In this document: piece by piece, positions 18,254 through 28,195 of the stretch
Position numbering within the stretch: position 1 is the stretch's first letter
How the letters are laid out: every line of letters begins with the position of its first letter
Source of the DNA: Christensenellaceae bacterium
GTDB lineage: Bacteria; Bacillota; Clostridia; Christensenellales; CAG-138
NCBI GenBank assembly: GCA_031261085.1
Contig: JAISKB010000022.1
Location: 18,310 to 82,309 of the forward strand
Direction: 5' to 3'
DNA length: 64,000 bases
Notes under the pieces: model-generated
The model's input: only the letters and a program-made list of their open reading frames with translations
The model's database searches: none
What the model was told of the DNA's origin: nothing
Program-made: the position numbers and the translations under genes

Positions 18254-18772
18254 TTAGGAACGATCCTCATGGGGGGCTTGCAGCCTATCCAAAGCCTGAA
18301 TGAGCAGCAGACCCAGCGCCGCGCCGCCCGCATATTGGATTAGGTTGAACACCACGCCCGCCCAGGCCGCGCCCACGCCATACAAAGCGCATTCATATAA
18401 AAAGTACCCGGCCGGCATCAGCAGGCCGCTCGCGCAAACCGCGAGCAAGCGGCGCATAAAGCCGCTTTGCCCCGCCAAAAGCTTGCCGGCGACAAACGCC
18501 ATAGCCGCCTTAATCAGCAGCGTGGCCGGCGCATATAGGGCGCTGCCCAGTATCAGATCGGCCAACGCGCTGCCTATGCCCGCCGCCACGGCGCCCCAAG
18601 GCCCGCCCAGCAAAAACGCGGCGGTATATACCACGGCATCCCCGGCGTTTACATAAGCGCCCGAAATATTGGGTATGGGTATGACGATGGCAATCGTCAC
18701 CACGGCCACCAACGCACAGAGCATGGCCACCCGAATCATAAGCTGTATCTTTTTATCATTTGGTTGTTTCAT
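18254..18772 (-). CDS. ECF transporter S component
   Basis: YVNAGDAVV, GIGSALAD; small hydrophobic protein downstream of the ecf module. Confidence 0.85.
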   Translation of the reverse strand: MKQPNDKKIQLMIRVAMLCALVAVVTIAIVIPIPNISGAYVNAGDAVVYTAAFLLGGPWGAVAAGIGSALADLILGSALYAPATLLIKAAMAFVAGKLLAGQSGFMRRLLAVCASGLLMPAGYFLYECALYGVGAAWAGVVFNLIQYAGGAALGLLLIQALDRLQAPHEDRS

Positions 18773-18802
18773 ATATATGCCTCCTGGTCATATTCTAAAT
18801 TA

Positions 18803-19564
18803 TTATATATATTCCGCGGTATCGAAGCCCGGGTATTCCACCCGGTAAAGCATGAGCCCGTGCGCCGGTGCGGTGGCCCCGGCATCGTTGCGGCTGCCGC
18901 TTTGAAGGGCCTGCGCCATACAGCCCGGCTCCCGCTTGCCCCCGCCTATTTCCAGCATGGTGCCCACCAAAATGCGCACCATGTTGTATAAAAAGCCGCT
19001 CCCGGTCACGTCATAGCAAAGCAAATTCCCCGCCTGCGTCCACTCGGATTGATAGAGCGTACGCACCGTGTTTTGCATCTCCACCCCGGCGGCCTTAAAC
19101 GCCGCAAAGTCATGCTCGCCCAGCAGCGGCGCCGCCGCTTGCCGCATGCGCGCTATCTCCAGCGGGTAATGCACATGCAACGCGGTATTGCGGTGGAACA
19201 CATCGGCGTGGGGCGCTTGGCGCACCGTGTAGCGATAGTGCTTTTTGACCACATCAAACCGCGCATGAAAGCCCTCGGGCGCCTCCTCGCTGTGCAGCAC
19301 GCGGATATCGCCGGGCAGCCCCGCGTTGAGCGCATAGCAAAATTTTTCGGGCGGGATGCGGCAACCCGTATCGAAGTGCGCCACCTGCGCGCGCGCGTGC
19401 ACACCGCTGTCGGTGCGGCCGGAGGCGTGCAGGCGCGTGCTCTCCCCGGTCAGCTTATAAAGCTCCGCCTCCAGCACCTGCTGTATAGCCAAGCCGTTGG
19501 CCTGCACCTGCCAGCCCACATAGGCGGTGCCGTCGTATTGGAGTATCAGCCGTATGCGCTTCAT
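18803..19564 (-). CDS. truA: tRNA pseudouridine(38-40) synthase
   Basis: YDGTAYVGWQ, GRTDSGVHA, FLYNMVR. Confidence 0.96.
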   Translation of the reverse strand: MKRIRLILQYDGTAYVGWQVQANGLAIQQVLEAELYKLTGESTRLHASGRTDSGVHARAQVAHFDTGCRIPPEKFCYALNAGLPGDIRVLHSEEAPEGFHARFDVVKKHYRYTVRQAPHADVFHRNTALHVHYPLEIARMRQAAAPLLGEHDFAAFKAAGVEMQNTVRTLYQSEWTQAGNLLCYDVTGSGFLYNMVRILVGTMLEIGGGKREPGCMAQALQSGSRNDAGATAPAHGLMLYRVEYPGFDTAEYI

Positions 19565-19998
19565 GGCGCGCTGTCCCCCTCGATGGGTTTGATTTCGCCC
19601 GTCGTGATGGATTGTATAAACCCCAGCTCCACTCCGTCATCCCGCACAAACAGCGTTATCACATCTTTGTTTTGCAGTGCGCACAGCAGCAGGGTTAAAT
19701 CCCCCACGGCGTTTGCGTCGCTGGGGAAGCCGCCCCGCTCGCTCGCCTCCACCGCCTCCCGCACATCCACACCCTGCAGCGCCTGTGAAATGGATTGGCC
19801 GGCAAAGCTGCCCGCGCTATACAGGTCGCCGGCCTGCACGGTATAGCCCCGCGCCCGCAGCAATGCCGCGATGGGCTCATAGGGGTGCTGTGCCCGCAAT
19901 TGAAAGCTTAGCACCAAGCCCAGCGCCAGCAACGCCAGCCCCAGCAGGAGCGCAACGCGCTTCCACACATGCTTTTCTTCCATTTTTGCTTCCATCAC
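19561..19998 (-). CDS. Hypothetical membrane-anchored protein
   Basis: Single N-terminal hydrophobic helix; overlaps the ecfT stop and truA start. Confidence 0.65.
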   Translation of the reverse strand: MMEAKMEEKHVWKRVALLLGLALLALGLVLSFQLRAQHPYEPIAALLRARGYTVQAGDLYSAGSFAGQSISQALQGVDVREAVEASERGGFPSDANAVGDLTLLLCALQNKDVITLFVRDDGVELGFIQSITTGEIKPIEGDSAP

Positions 19999-20798
19999 GC
20001 CCTCGCCTGCACGATTATGATGAGCGCGGCCAAGGCCAGCATCACCGCCGCGGCCAAGCCATCCCCCACGCTAAAGCGCAGCACATGCATGCGCGTGCGC
20101 CCCTCCCCGCCATGGTAGCAGCGGCTTTCCATCGCCATGGCCAGCTCGTCCGCCCGGTGGAACGCGCTCACGAACAACGGCACCAATATGGGCACCATGG
20201 CCTTGGCGCGCCGCACCAGGCTGCCGGTTTCAAAATCGGCCCCGCGCGAAAGCTGCGCCTTCATGATTTTATCCGCCTCTTCCAGCAATGTGGGTATAAA
20301 CCGCAGCGCGATGGTCATCATCATGGCCAGCTCGTGCGCGGGGAACTTAAGCTTGCTCAGCGGCAGCAGCAGCCGCTCCAACCCATCGGTCAGCGCGATG
20401 GGGGTGGTGGTGAGCGTCATGAGCGAGGTGCCCGATACCAGCAATATCAGCCGCAGAGCGAAATAAAACGCCTGCCGCACACCGCCGGTGGTGATGTGAA
20501 TGATGCGCCAATCCCACAGCGGCGCGCCCCCCGGCGTAACCAGCAAATTGATGACGAACATGAATATCAATATCCACTTGAGGGGCTTTAGCGACCGATA
20601 CACATAGCTGAGCGGCACTTGCGCAAGCAGCGTAACGCCCACCACAAACGCGGCAAGCGGCAAAAACAGCCACATATTTTGCACCGAAAACGCCACCGCG
20701 ATAAACGCCATCATCAGCAGCAGCTTCGTGCGCGGATCCAGCCTGTGTATGGGGGAATTCCCCGGGAAATACTGGCCCAGCGTAATATCTTTAAACAT
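19995..20798 (-). CDS. ecfT: ECF transporter T component
   Basis: LDPRTK, RFIPTL, AMESR motifs. Confidence 0.93.
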   Translation of the reverse strand: MFKDITLGQYFPGNSPIHRLDPRTKLLLMMAFIAVAFSVQNMWLFLPLAAFVVGVTLLAQVPLSYVYRSLKPLKWILIFMFVINLLVTPGGAPLWDWRIIHITTGGVRQAFYFALRLILLVSGTSLMTLTTTPIALTDGLERLLLPLSKLKFPAHELAMMMTIALRFIPTLLEEADKIMKAQLSRGADFETGSLVRRAKAMVPILVPLFVSAFHRADELAMAMESRCYHGGEGRTRMHVLRFSVGDGLAAAVMLALAALIIIVQARA

Positions 20799-21642
20799 GG
20801 CCGCCCCCCCCGCTCAACAGGAATTGCGCCATTTCATTCACATCGTATATAGAGGGAACCTCCACGCCGCGCGCGCGGAGCGCGCGGGCCAAGCGGCACA
20901 TTTCGGGCAAATCCAAGCCGATGGAAAGCAGCTCATCCTCCTGCCCAAACACCTCGGCAGGCGTACCCACCCTAAGCAGCTCGCCGCCGTTGAGCACCGC
21001 GATGCGGTCGCAGCAGCGGGCGATATCCTCCATGGAATGGGAAACCATCACCACCGCGCAGCCTATTTCCTGCCGCAGCGAATCGATGGTGGTGAGTATC
21101 GCCTGGCGGCCGACAGGGTCCAGCCCGGCCATAGGTTCATCCAGCACCAGGTACTTGGGGCGCATGGCGATGATGCCGGCCAGCGCCGCGCGGCGTTTTT
21201 CACCGCCGCTCAGCTCAAACGGCGATTTTTCGGCAAAGCGCGCATAGGGCAAGCCCACCAGCTGCATGGCCTCTTGCACCCGCGCTTCTATTTCGGCATC
21301 GCTTAGCCCCATGTTATGCGGGCCATACGCAATATCCCTGGCGACCGTTTCTTCAAACAACTGATATTCGGGGTATTGAAACACCATGCCCACCTTGCGG
21401 CGGCCCAAAACGCGCTGTTTTTTATCGGCCATGTTCAGGCCATCCACCAAAATAGCGCCGGCAGTGGGTTGCAAAATGCCGCCCATGTGCTGTACAAGGG
21501 TGGTTTTGCCGCTGCCGGTATGCCCAATGAGCCCCAAGAATTCCCCATCGCAAACCGTCAGGTCGATATTGCTAAGCGCAGCGTGCTGCAGGGCGCTGCC
21601 CTGCATATAGTGGTGGCTTACACCACGGATTTGTATTGGCAT
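20791..21642 (-). CDS. ecfA2: ECF transporter ATPase A'
   Basis: GHTGSGKT, FQYPEYQLF, SPFELSGG. Confidence 0.92.
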   Translation of the reverse strand: MPIQIRGVSHHYMQGSALQHAALSNIDLTVCDGEFLGLIGHTGSGKTTLVQHMGGILQPTAGAILVDGLNMADKKQRVLGRRKVGMVFQYPEYQLFEETVARDIAYGPHNMGLSDAEIEARVQEAMQLVGLPYARFAEKSPFELSGGEKRRAALAGIIAMRPKYLVLDEPMAGLDPVGRQAILTTIDSLRQEIGCAVVMVSHSMEDIARCCDRIAVLNGGELLRVGTPAEVFGQEDELLSIGLDLPEMCRLARALRARGVEVPSIYDVNEMAQFLLSGGGGHV

Positions 21643-22439
21643 ATCGCGTCCGCAAGCTCCTCGCTGGTAAGGCACACGGGCAATTCCATACCGCCCGCGG
21701 CCAGTTTATCTCTTAACTGCGCGGCGGCCGGCAGCGCCAGCCCATGCTCCCGCACAAATTCACCCCGGCTGAACACCTCGCGCGGCGTGCCCACGCAAAT
21801 CAGCCGCCCGCCATCCATCAGCGCCACCCGGTCACATAAGACGGCCTCCTCCATATATTGCGTGATCATCACCACGGTAATGCCCTGGCGGTGCAAGTCC
21901 TGCACGATTGCGAGCACATCCCTTCGCCCCTTAGGATCCAGCATGGCGGTCGCTTCATCGAGCACCAGCACAGCAGGCTGCATAGCCAGCATGCCCGCTA
22001 TGGCGATGCGCTGCTTTTGCCCGCCGCTGAGCATGTGCGGCGCGCTCTTCGCAAACGTCTCCATGCCTACACTGGCCAGCGCGGCATCCACCCGCTCGCG
22101 TATTTGCGCGCTGGGGACGCCCATGTTCTCGGGTCCAAAGGCTACGTCCTCCTCCACCACGGTGGTAACCAGCTGATTATCCGGGTTTTGGAACACCATG
22201 CCCACCTTTTGCCGTATGCCCAGCGTATTCGCCTCGTCCCGCGTATCCATACCCATTACCGTAACGCAGCCCGCATCAGGCAGCAGCAGGGCATTAAGAT
22301 GCTTGGCCAGCGTGCTTTTGCCGCTGCCGTTATGGCCCACCACCGCCAGCAGCTCGCCGCGTTCTATCGTGAGTGACACATCGCAAAGCGCCACGTTTTC
22401 GGCATCGTAGTGGTATGTCACATGTTCAAGGGTTATCAT
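21618..22439 (-). CDS. ecfA1: ECF transporter ATPase A
   Basis: GHNGSGKST, FQNPDNQ, LSGGQKQR, DEAT. Confidence 0.92.
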   Translation of the reverse strand: MITLEHVTYHYDAENVALCDVSLTIERGELLAVVGHNGSGKSTLAKHLNALLLPDAGCVTVMGMDTRDEANTLGIRQKVGMVFQNPDNQLVTTVVEEDVAFGPENMGVPSAQIRERVDAALASVGMETFAKSAPHMLSGGQKQRIAIAGMLAMQPAVLVLDEATAMLDPKGRRDVLAIVQDLHRQGITVVMITQYMEEAVLCDRVALMDGGRLICVGTPREVFSRGEFVREHGLALPAAAQLRDKLAAGGMELPVCLTSEELADAICQYKSVV

Positions 22440-22506
22440 GCGCGCGCATCCTTTCGCCGCCCAATATAAAACGCCCACGCGGGGCAAAAGCGGTCGGTAA
22501 TGATTT

Positions 22507-22535
22507 ATTATAACCCGCTTGCCTTTTTATTACAA
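22507..22535 (-). promoter_or_regulatory. Sigma-A promoter of the ecf-truA operon
   Basis: Minus strand TTGTAA, 17 nt spacer, TATAAT. Confidence 0.6.
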
Positions 22536-22589
22536 TCATCTTATGGTATAATACTTTTGTCTATAATATAAAAATGGAGGTATTATACC

Positions 22590-22967
22590 ATGCTTTGTTC
22601 CAACTGCGGTAAACAAAACGACAACGGCACGATTTTTTGCGTAAGCTGCGGCGCCAAGCTCCCCGAAGCGGAGGTGCAGCCGGTATCCTCTTATGTCGTT
22701 AGGGAGGATGCGCCCCGCAAGCCGCTCGGCGTAGGGGATTTTATTCTGATGGAGCTGCTCGCGCGCATCCCGCTCGTAAACCTGATTATGTTCTGCGTTT
22801 GGGGGTTTAGCAGCGACACCGAACCAAATCGCAAAAACTGGGCGATTTCCCGCCTGATTTGGATTGGTATCGGCATAGCGCTATCCGTTATTTTCGGGTT
22901 CGTCCTTGTAGCCATCGCCGGCGCCGCATATGGTTCGCTCTCTAACTTCCCGGGCTGGGGCATATAA
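22590..22967 (+). CDS. Zinc-ribbon membrane protein
   Basis: CSNCG...FCVSCG N-terminus, two TM segments, GGAGG RBS. Confidence 0.8.
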   Translation: MLCSNCGKQNDNGTIFCVSCGAKLPEAEVQPVSSYVVREDAPRKPLGVGDFILMELLARIPLVNLIMFCVWGFSSDTEPNRKNWAISRLIWIGIGIALSVIFGFVLVAIAGAAYGSLSNFPGWGI

Positions 22968-22990
22968 CCACCGCATCTGCATCAAAAGCT

Positions 22991-23022
22991 AAAAAGCGCG
23001 CCCAAGCTTGGGCGCGCTTTTT
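22991..23022. terminator. Bidirectional intrinsic terminator ending the alpha operon
   Basis: Perfect 32-bp palindrome AAAAAGCGCGCCCAAG/CTTGGGCGCGCTTTTT between convergent genes. Confidence 0.85.
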
Positions 23023-23049
23023 GAAGCGTTTCGCTTATGCGGCAGAGCG

Positions 23050-23541
23050 TTAGATAAGCTCCAATACCGCCATTTCGGCGCCATCGCCGCGGCGGGGCCC
23101 CATCTTGAGTATACGGGTATATCCGCCCTTGCGCTCTATGTACTTGGGCGCTATCTCACGCAGCAGCTTTTCTACCACGGGATGCGCCGTTTCCTTGGCG
23201 CGCGTTTTGTATTCACCCTTTGTCTCTTTATCTTTGCGGGGCACAGGGATGTCATACAGGTATGCCATGATCTGGCGGCGCGCATGCAGCTTGCTCGGCA
23301 GGTCATTTTGCTTTTCGACCTTAACGATTTGTTGCTTATCGTTGCGGGTCTCTTTTTCGACTGTAACGGAGTTGTTATACTCGCGCACGGCGAGAGTAAT
23401 CAGCTTTTCGGCAATGGGGCGCACTTCCTTCGCGCGCGCTTGTGTGGTGATGATCTTGCCGTTCCACAACAGCGCGGTGGTGAGGTTGCGCAGCATGGCA
23501 TCGCGCTGATCGGTCGCCTTACCAAGCTTACGGTTTGGCAT
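23050..23541 (-). CDS. rplQ: 50S ribosomal protein L17 (with internal insertions)
   Basis: RKLG...[21 protein letters not shown]. Confidence 0.96.
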   Translation of the reverse strand: MPNRKLGKATDQRDAMLRNLTTALLWNGKIITTQARAKEVRPIAEKLITLAVREYNNSVTVEKETRNDKQQIVKVEKQNDLPSKLHARRQIMAYLYDIPVPRKDKETKGEYKTRAKETAHPVVEKLLREIAPKYIERKGGYTRILKMGPRRGDGAEMAVLELI

Positions 23542-23567
23542 GTTGGTTCCTCCTTAATAATATCGGG

Positions 23568-24509
23568 TTAGTCTTCGCTGTGGCGCAGGCCCAGCCCCAA
23601 AGCGGTGAGCTTTTGCTGCACCTCCTCGAGCGACTTGCGGCCAAGGTTGCGCACCTTCATCATTTCTTCTTCGTTGCGCTGCACCAATTCATCTACCGTG
23701 TTGATACCGGCGCGCTTTAGGCAGTTATACGAGCGGACGGAAAGCTCAAGCTCCTCGATGGTCATCTCGAGTATCTTCTCTTTCTTATCCTCTTCCTTCT
23801 CCACCAATATCTCTACGCCCTGCACATGCTCGGTGAGATTGATGAACAGCGAAAGATGCTCGGTAAGTATCTTGGCTGCCAGCGACACCGCCTCATCGGG
23901 CTTGATGGTGCCATCGGTCAATATCTCCAGCGAGAGCTTGTCGTAGTCGGTAATTTGGCCTACGCGGGTATCCTCAACGGTGAAATTCACCTTGCGAATC
24001 GGCGTGAATATGGAATCGACCGCGATTTGGCCGATAGGCATATCCGCCCGTTTGTTGCGCTCCGCCGCCACATAGCCGCGGCCGCTTTCCAGTATGATCT
24101 CCATATAGAGCCTGGCGCCGTCATCCAGCGTGGCAATATGCAGCTCGGGGTTCACGATTTCTACATCGCTATCCACCGTCATATCCCCCGCGGTCACCTC
24201 GCACGCGCCTACCGCATCGATGATGACCTTTTTGGGGCCGTTTGCGTGCATCTTTACGCACAGGTTCTTCAGGTTGAGGATGATTTCGGTTACATCCTCC
24301 CGCACGCCTTCTACAGTGGAGAATTCGTGCAGCACGCTGTCGATCTTAACGGAAGATACCGCAACGCCGGGCAGAGAGGAAAGCAGAACCCTGCGCAGCG
24401 AGTTGCCCAGCGTGATGCCGAAGCCGCGTTCCAGCGGTTCCACGACAAACTTGCCATAGTCTTCGCCAAGTTCTACACATTCTATCTTGGGCCGTTCGAT
24501 TTCTATCAT
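23568..24509 (-). CDS. rpoA: RNA polymerase alpha subunit
   Basis: [29 protein letters not shown]. Confidence 0.98.
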   Translation of the reverse strand: MIEIERPKIECVELGEDYGKFVVEPLERGFGITLGNSLRRVLLSSLPGVAVSSVKIDSVLHEFSTVEGVREDVTEIILNLKNLCVKMHANGPKKVIIDAVGACEVTAGDMTVDSDVEIVNPELHIATLDDGARLYMEIILESGRGYVAAERNKRADMPIGQIAVDSIFTPIRKVNFTVEDTRVGQITDYDKLSLEILTDGTIKPDEAVSLAAKILTEHLSLFINLTEHVQGVEILVEKEEDKKEKILEMTIEELELSVRSYNCLKRAGINTVDELVQRNEEEMMKVRNLGRKSLEEVQQKLTALGLGLRHSED

Positions 24510-24567
24510 TCACATATCCCCTCTCTTTGTTTGTTGCTCCGTCGATTAGGGCTGTACGCGCGTTTCA

Positions 24568-25197
24568 TTACCTGGAGTAGAACTCGACGATGAGGTGCTC
24601 CTCAACGGTCAGGTCTATGTCGTCGCGCTGCGGCATCGCAATCACCTTGCCGGTGAGCGCGTCGGCATCAAGCTCCAGCCACTTGGGGATAGGCTTGGAA
24701 GCGCCCTGTTCGCGCAGTTCCTTCAAGCATTCCATATCGCGGCTGCGGTCTTTTACCGTGATGACCTGGCCGGACCTAACCAAAAAGCTCGCGATATCGA
24801 CCTTGCCGCCATCCACACGGATATGCCCATGGTTCACCATTTGGCGCGCCATGGGGCGGCTATCGGCTAACCCTAAGCGGTATACGACGTTATCCAACCT
24901 GCGTTCCAACAGAGAGAGCAGATTTTCGCCCGTAGCGCCGCGCATATTGGCAGCCATTTCATAGTATTTCCTAAACTGGGATTCCAATACACCGTATGCG
25001 CGGCGGCACTTTTGCTTTTCACGAAGCTGGATGCCATACTCGCTTTGCTTCCTCTGGCGGGCTGCACCGTGCTGGCCGGGTATGGTGTGCCGCTTTACCA
25101 CGGCGCACTTGGCGCTGTAGCACCGGTCGCCCTTGAGGAACAGCTTGACGCCTTCACGGCGGCACTGCCTGCAAACGGAATCTGTATATCTTGCCAT
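24568..25197 (-). CDS. rpsD: 30S ribosomal protein S4 (Zn-binding Cys type)
   Basis: [27 protein letters not shown]. Confidence 0.97.
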   Translation of the reverse strand: MARYTDSVCRQCRREGVKLFLKGDRCYSAKCAVVKRHTIPGQHGAARQRKQSEYGIQLREKQKCRRAYGVLESQFRKYYEMAANMRGATGENLLSLLERRLDNVVYRLGLADSRPMARQMVNHGHIRVDGGKVDIASFLVRSGQVITVKDRSRDMECLKELREQGASKPIPKWLELDADALTGKVIAMPQRDDIDLTVEEHLIVEFYSR

Positions 25198-25211
25198 ATC
25201 GTTTGCCCTCC

Positions 25212-25616
25212 TTAGACTCTTCTGCGCTTGGGCGGACGGCAACCGTTATGCGGTATGGGCGTCACGTCCTTGATCATGTTGACCTCCAGGCCGGCGCTCT
25301 GCAGCGCGCGGATAGCGGCTTCACGGCCGCTGCCGGGGCCCTTCACATATACCTCTACGGTGCGAAGGCCATGCTCCATCGCAGCCTTGGCTGCGGTTTC
25401 GGAGGCCATTTGCGCCGCGAAGGGCGTGCTCTTTCTGCTGCCGCGGAAGCCTAGGCCGCCGGCGGAAGCCCACGAAAGGGCGTTGCCCTGCAGGTCGGTG
25501 ATGGTCACCATGGTGTTGTTAAAAGAGGAACGGATATGCGCAGCGCCACGCTCAATGTTTTTCTTCTCGCGACGCTTGCGGCTGGTCTTTTTGACCTTAC
25601 CTTTTGCTGCTGCCAT
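25212..25616 (-). CDS. rpsK: 30S ribosomal protein S11
   Basis: [25 protein letters not shown]. Confidence 0.98.
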   Translation of the reverse strand: MAAAKGKVKKTSRKRREKKNIERGAAHIRSSFNNTMVTITDLQGNALSWASAGGLGFRGSRKSTPFAAQMASETAAKAAMEHGLRTVEVYVKGPGSGREAAIRALQSAGLEVNMIKDVTPIPHNGCRPPKRRRV

Positions 25617-25630
25617 CTTACAATTCCTCC

Positions 25631-25999
25631 TTACTTCTTACGGCCGCCCGCGCTGCGTTTGGGGCCCTTGCGGGTACGGGCGTTTTGCTTGGTGCTCTGG
25701 CCGCGCACGGGCAAGCCCTTGCGATGCCGCACGCCGCGGTAACAGCCAATTTCGATAAGGCGCTTGATGTTCAACGAGGTTTCACGCCTTAAATCGCCCT
25801 CAACCTTCACGTGGTGGTCGATATACTCTCTGAGTTTGTTCACGTCCGTTTCGGACAGATCCCGCACCCGGATATCAGGGTCCACGCCGGTTGCGGAAAG
25901 AATGTTGGAAGCGGTCTTACGGCCGATGCCAAAGATGTATGTCAGGCCGATCTCGACTCGTTTTTCCCTTGGCAGATCCACGCCGGATATACGTGCCAT
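25631..25999 (-). CDS. rpsM: 30S ribosomal protein S13
   Basis: [17 protein letters not shown]. Confidence 0.97.
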   Translation of the reverse strand: MARISGVDLPREKRVEIGLTYIFGIGRKTASNILSATGVDPDIRVRDLSETDVNKLREYIDHHVKVEGDLRRETSLNIKRLIEIGCYRGVRHRKGLPVRGQSTKQNARTRKGPKRSAGGRKK

Positions 26000-26143
26000 G
26001 AATATTACCTCCGTACTTATTTGGGTTTTATATGCTACACCCGCCGGGAACCGCAGGCAGTTTTGCCGCGGCAGCCGCCCCAACGAGATTTTCTTCATTT
26101 GGAGCCCTGTGTTAGAGCCCCGGCTCTGCAGGGGAACTTACGT
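26000..26143 (-). promoter_or_regulatory. Candidate structured leader upstream of rpsM (S4-type autoregulatory RNA)
   Basis: 144-nt GC-rich intergenic region with nested hairpins (CCCTG-AGAGCC/GGCTCT-CAGGG; CCGC-GGCA/TGCC-GCGG). Confidence 0.5.
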
Positions 26144-26495
<352 letters not shown>

Positions 26496-26496
26496 G

Positions 26497-26775
26497 CTAT
26501 CCCTCCTCCAAAGTACTATCTTGATGGGTCAACGCGCGCAGTTCGCGGCGTATGTTCGCATCCGCGGCATCGCCGCGCAACAGCTGTGGTTCTACCCCAT
26601 GCGCCTCCAGCTGGAGGTGCCTGCGCTTTTTGCGCTTGGGCTTATTTAGCTTGCGGGTGCGGCCATCGCAAAGCAGCAAATATTCCGCGCCCTCCTCGGC
26701 CACCACCACAAACCGTTTCCCCTTGCCCCGCCCCGCCGTTGCCACGGCGACGCGGCCAATGCTAGTTTTCGGCAT
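26497..26775 (-). CDS. KOW-domain RNA-binding protein (L14e-like)
   Basis: [20 protein letters not shown]; typical Clostridia position between map and infA. Confidence 0.8.
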   Translation of the reverse strand: MPKTSIGRVAVATAGRGKGKRFVVVAEEGAEYLLLCDGRTRKLNKPKRKKRRHLQLEAHGVEPQLLRGDAADANIRRELRALTHQDSTLEEG

Positions 26776-27532
26776 AGGCGGCCTCCAGCGTTAACAGTTC
26801 GGGCTCGCCCTCGGTGATGACGATGGTGTTTTCGTAATGGGCGCTGGGCAATCCATCTTTGGTTATGACCGTCCAGCCATCGCTCAGCTGATATACTTCC
26901 TTGCCGCCCATGTTGATCATGGGCTCAATCGCCAGCGTCATGCCCGGCACCAGCCGCACGCCATGCCCCATCGCCTTGCTCAAAAAGTTTGGCACATCGG
27001 GCGACTCATGCATATCCCGCCCTATGCCGTGGCCCACCAGCTCGCGCACCACGCCGTAGCCGTTGGCCTCGGCATGCGCCTGTATGGCGCCGGAAATATC
27101 GCTGATGCGATACCCCCGCTTGGCGAACTGAATGCCCGCAAAAAAACATTCTTTCGTGACCTGTACCAGCCTTTGCACCTCGGGCGTTACGCCGCCTACG
27201 CACAGCGTGCGGGCCGCGTCCCCGTGGAAGCCGTTTAGCTTGGCGCCCACATCCACACCCACGATATCGCCCTCACGAAGCTTGTAGCTGCCGGGTATGC
27301 CATGCACCACCTGTTCGTTCACGGAGGCGCATATGCTTTTGGGGTACCCGTACAGCCCCAAAAAGGACGGCTCCGCGCCATGGCTTCGGATGCAATCCTC
27401 GGCGGCGGCATCGAGTTCGGCAGTGGTTACGCCGGGCTTTGCCAGCTCGGCCAACCGTTGCAGGGTATCGCCTACCACCCGCCCCGCGGCGCGCATCTTT
27501 TCGATATCCGCCGCATTTTTGATGGTCATCAT
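26762..27532 (-). CDS. map: Methionine aminopeptidase type I
   Basis: VVHGIP, GHGIG, IEPM, SAHYE. Confidence 0.95.
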   Translation of the reverse strand: MMTIKNAADIEKMRAAGRVVGDTLQRLAELAKPGVTTAELDAAAEDCIRSHGAEPSFLGLYGYPKSICASVNEQVVHGIPGSYKLREGDIVGVDVGAKLNGFHGDAARTLCVGGVTPEVQRLVQVTKECFFAGIQFAKRGYRISDISGAIQAHAEANGYGVVRELVGHGIGRDMHESPDVPNFLSKAMGHGVRLVPGMTLAIEPMINMGGKEVYQLSDGWTVITKDGLPSAHYENTIVITEGEPELLTLEAAYAEN

Positions 27533-27552
27533 CGCGTTTGCTCCCATGGCCA

Positions 27553-28179
27553 TCATTGCAGCTGTTCTAACAGCGCCGCAATTTCGGCTTGCACATCGGC
27601 GGGTTTACGATTGCCATCCACGTTGCGCAGCAAGCCCTTGCCTTCGTAGTATTGGATGAGCGGCTGCGTCTTTTCATTATACACCTGAATGCGGCTGGAT
27701 ACCGTATCGGGCTTATCATCATCGCGAATATACAGCGCGGCGCCGCATTTATCGCATGTGCTTTTATCGTACATGGCCACATGGAAGCCTGCCCCGCAGC
27801 CCGTGCACATACGCCGCCCGCTTATGCGTTCCACCAGCACCTGCTCCGGCACATCGATGTTGATGGCCAAATCGATGGTGGTGATGCCGCCCAGCGCATC
27901 GGCTTGCGCAATGGTGCGCGGGAAGCCATCTAGCAGGAACCCCGCGGTGCAGTCCGGCTGCTTGAGCCGGTTTTTGACCATGCCGATGATGATATCATCG
28001 CTCACCAGCCCGCCCGCTTCTATCACCGATTTGGCCTTTTGGCCCAGCTCGGTGCCATCGCGCATCTCCTTGCGCAGCATATCGCCGGTGGAGATATGCG
28101 CAAGGCCAAACCGCTTGCAGATCGTTTCGGCCTGGGTGCCTTTGCCGGCGCCCGGAGGGCCTAAGAATACCAAATTCAT
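27553..28179 (-). CDS. adk: Adenylate kinase (Zn-LID)
   Basis: GPPGAGKGTQ, LDGFPRT. Confidence 0.97.
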   Translation of the reverse strand: MNLVFLGPPGAGKGTQAETICKRFGLAHISTGDMLRKEMRDGTELGQKAKSVIEAGGLVSDDIIIGMVKNRLKQPDCTAGFLLDGFPRTIAQADALGGITTIDLAINIDVPEQVLVERISGRRMCTGCGAGFHVAMYDKSTCDKCGAALYIRDDDKPDTVSSRIQVYNEKTQPLIQYYEGKGLLRNVDGNRKPADVQAEIAALLEQLQ

Positions 28180-28195
28180 CAGCTACCTCGCTCCA

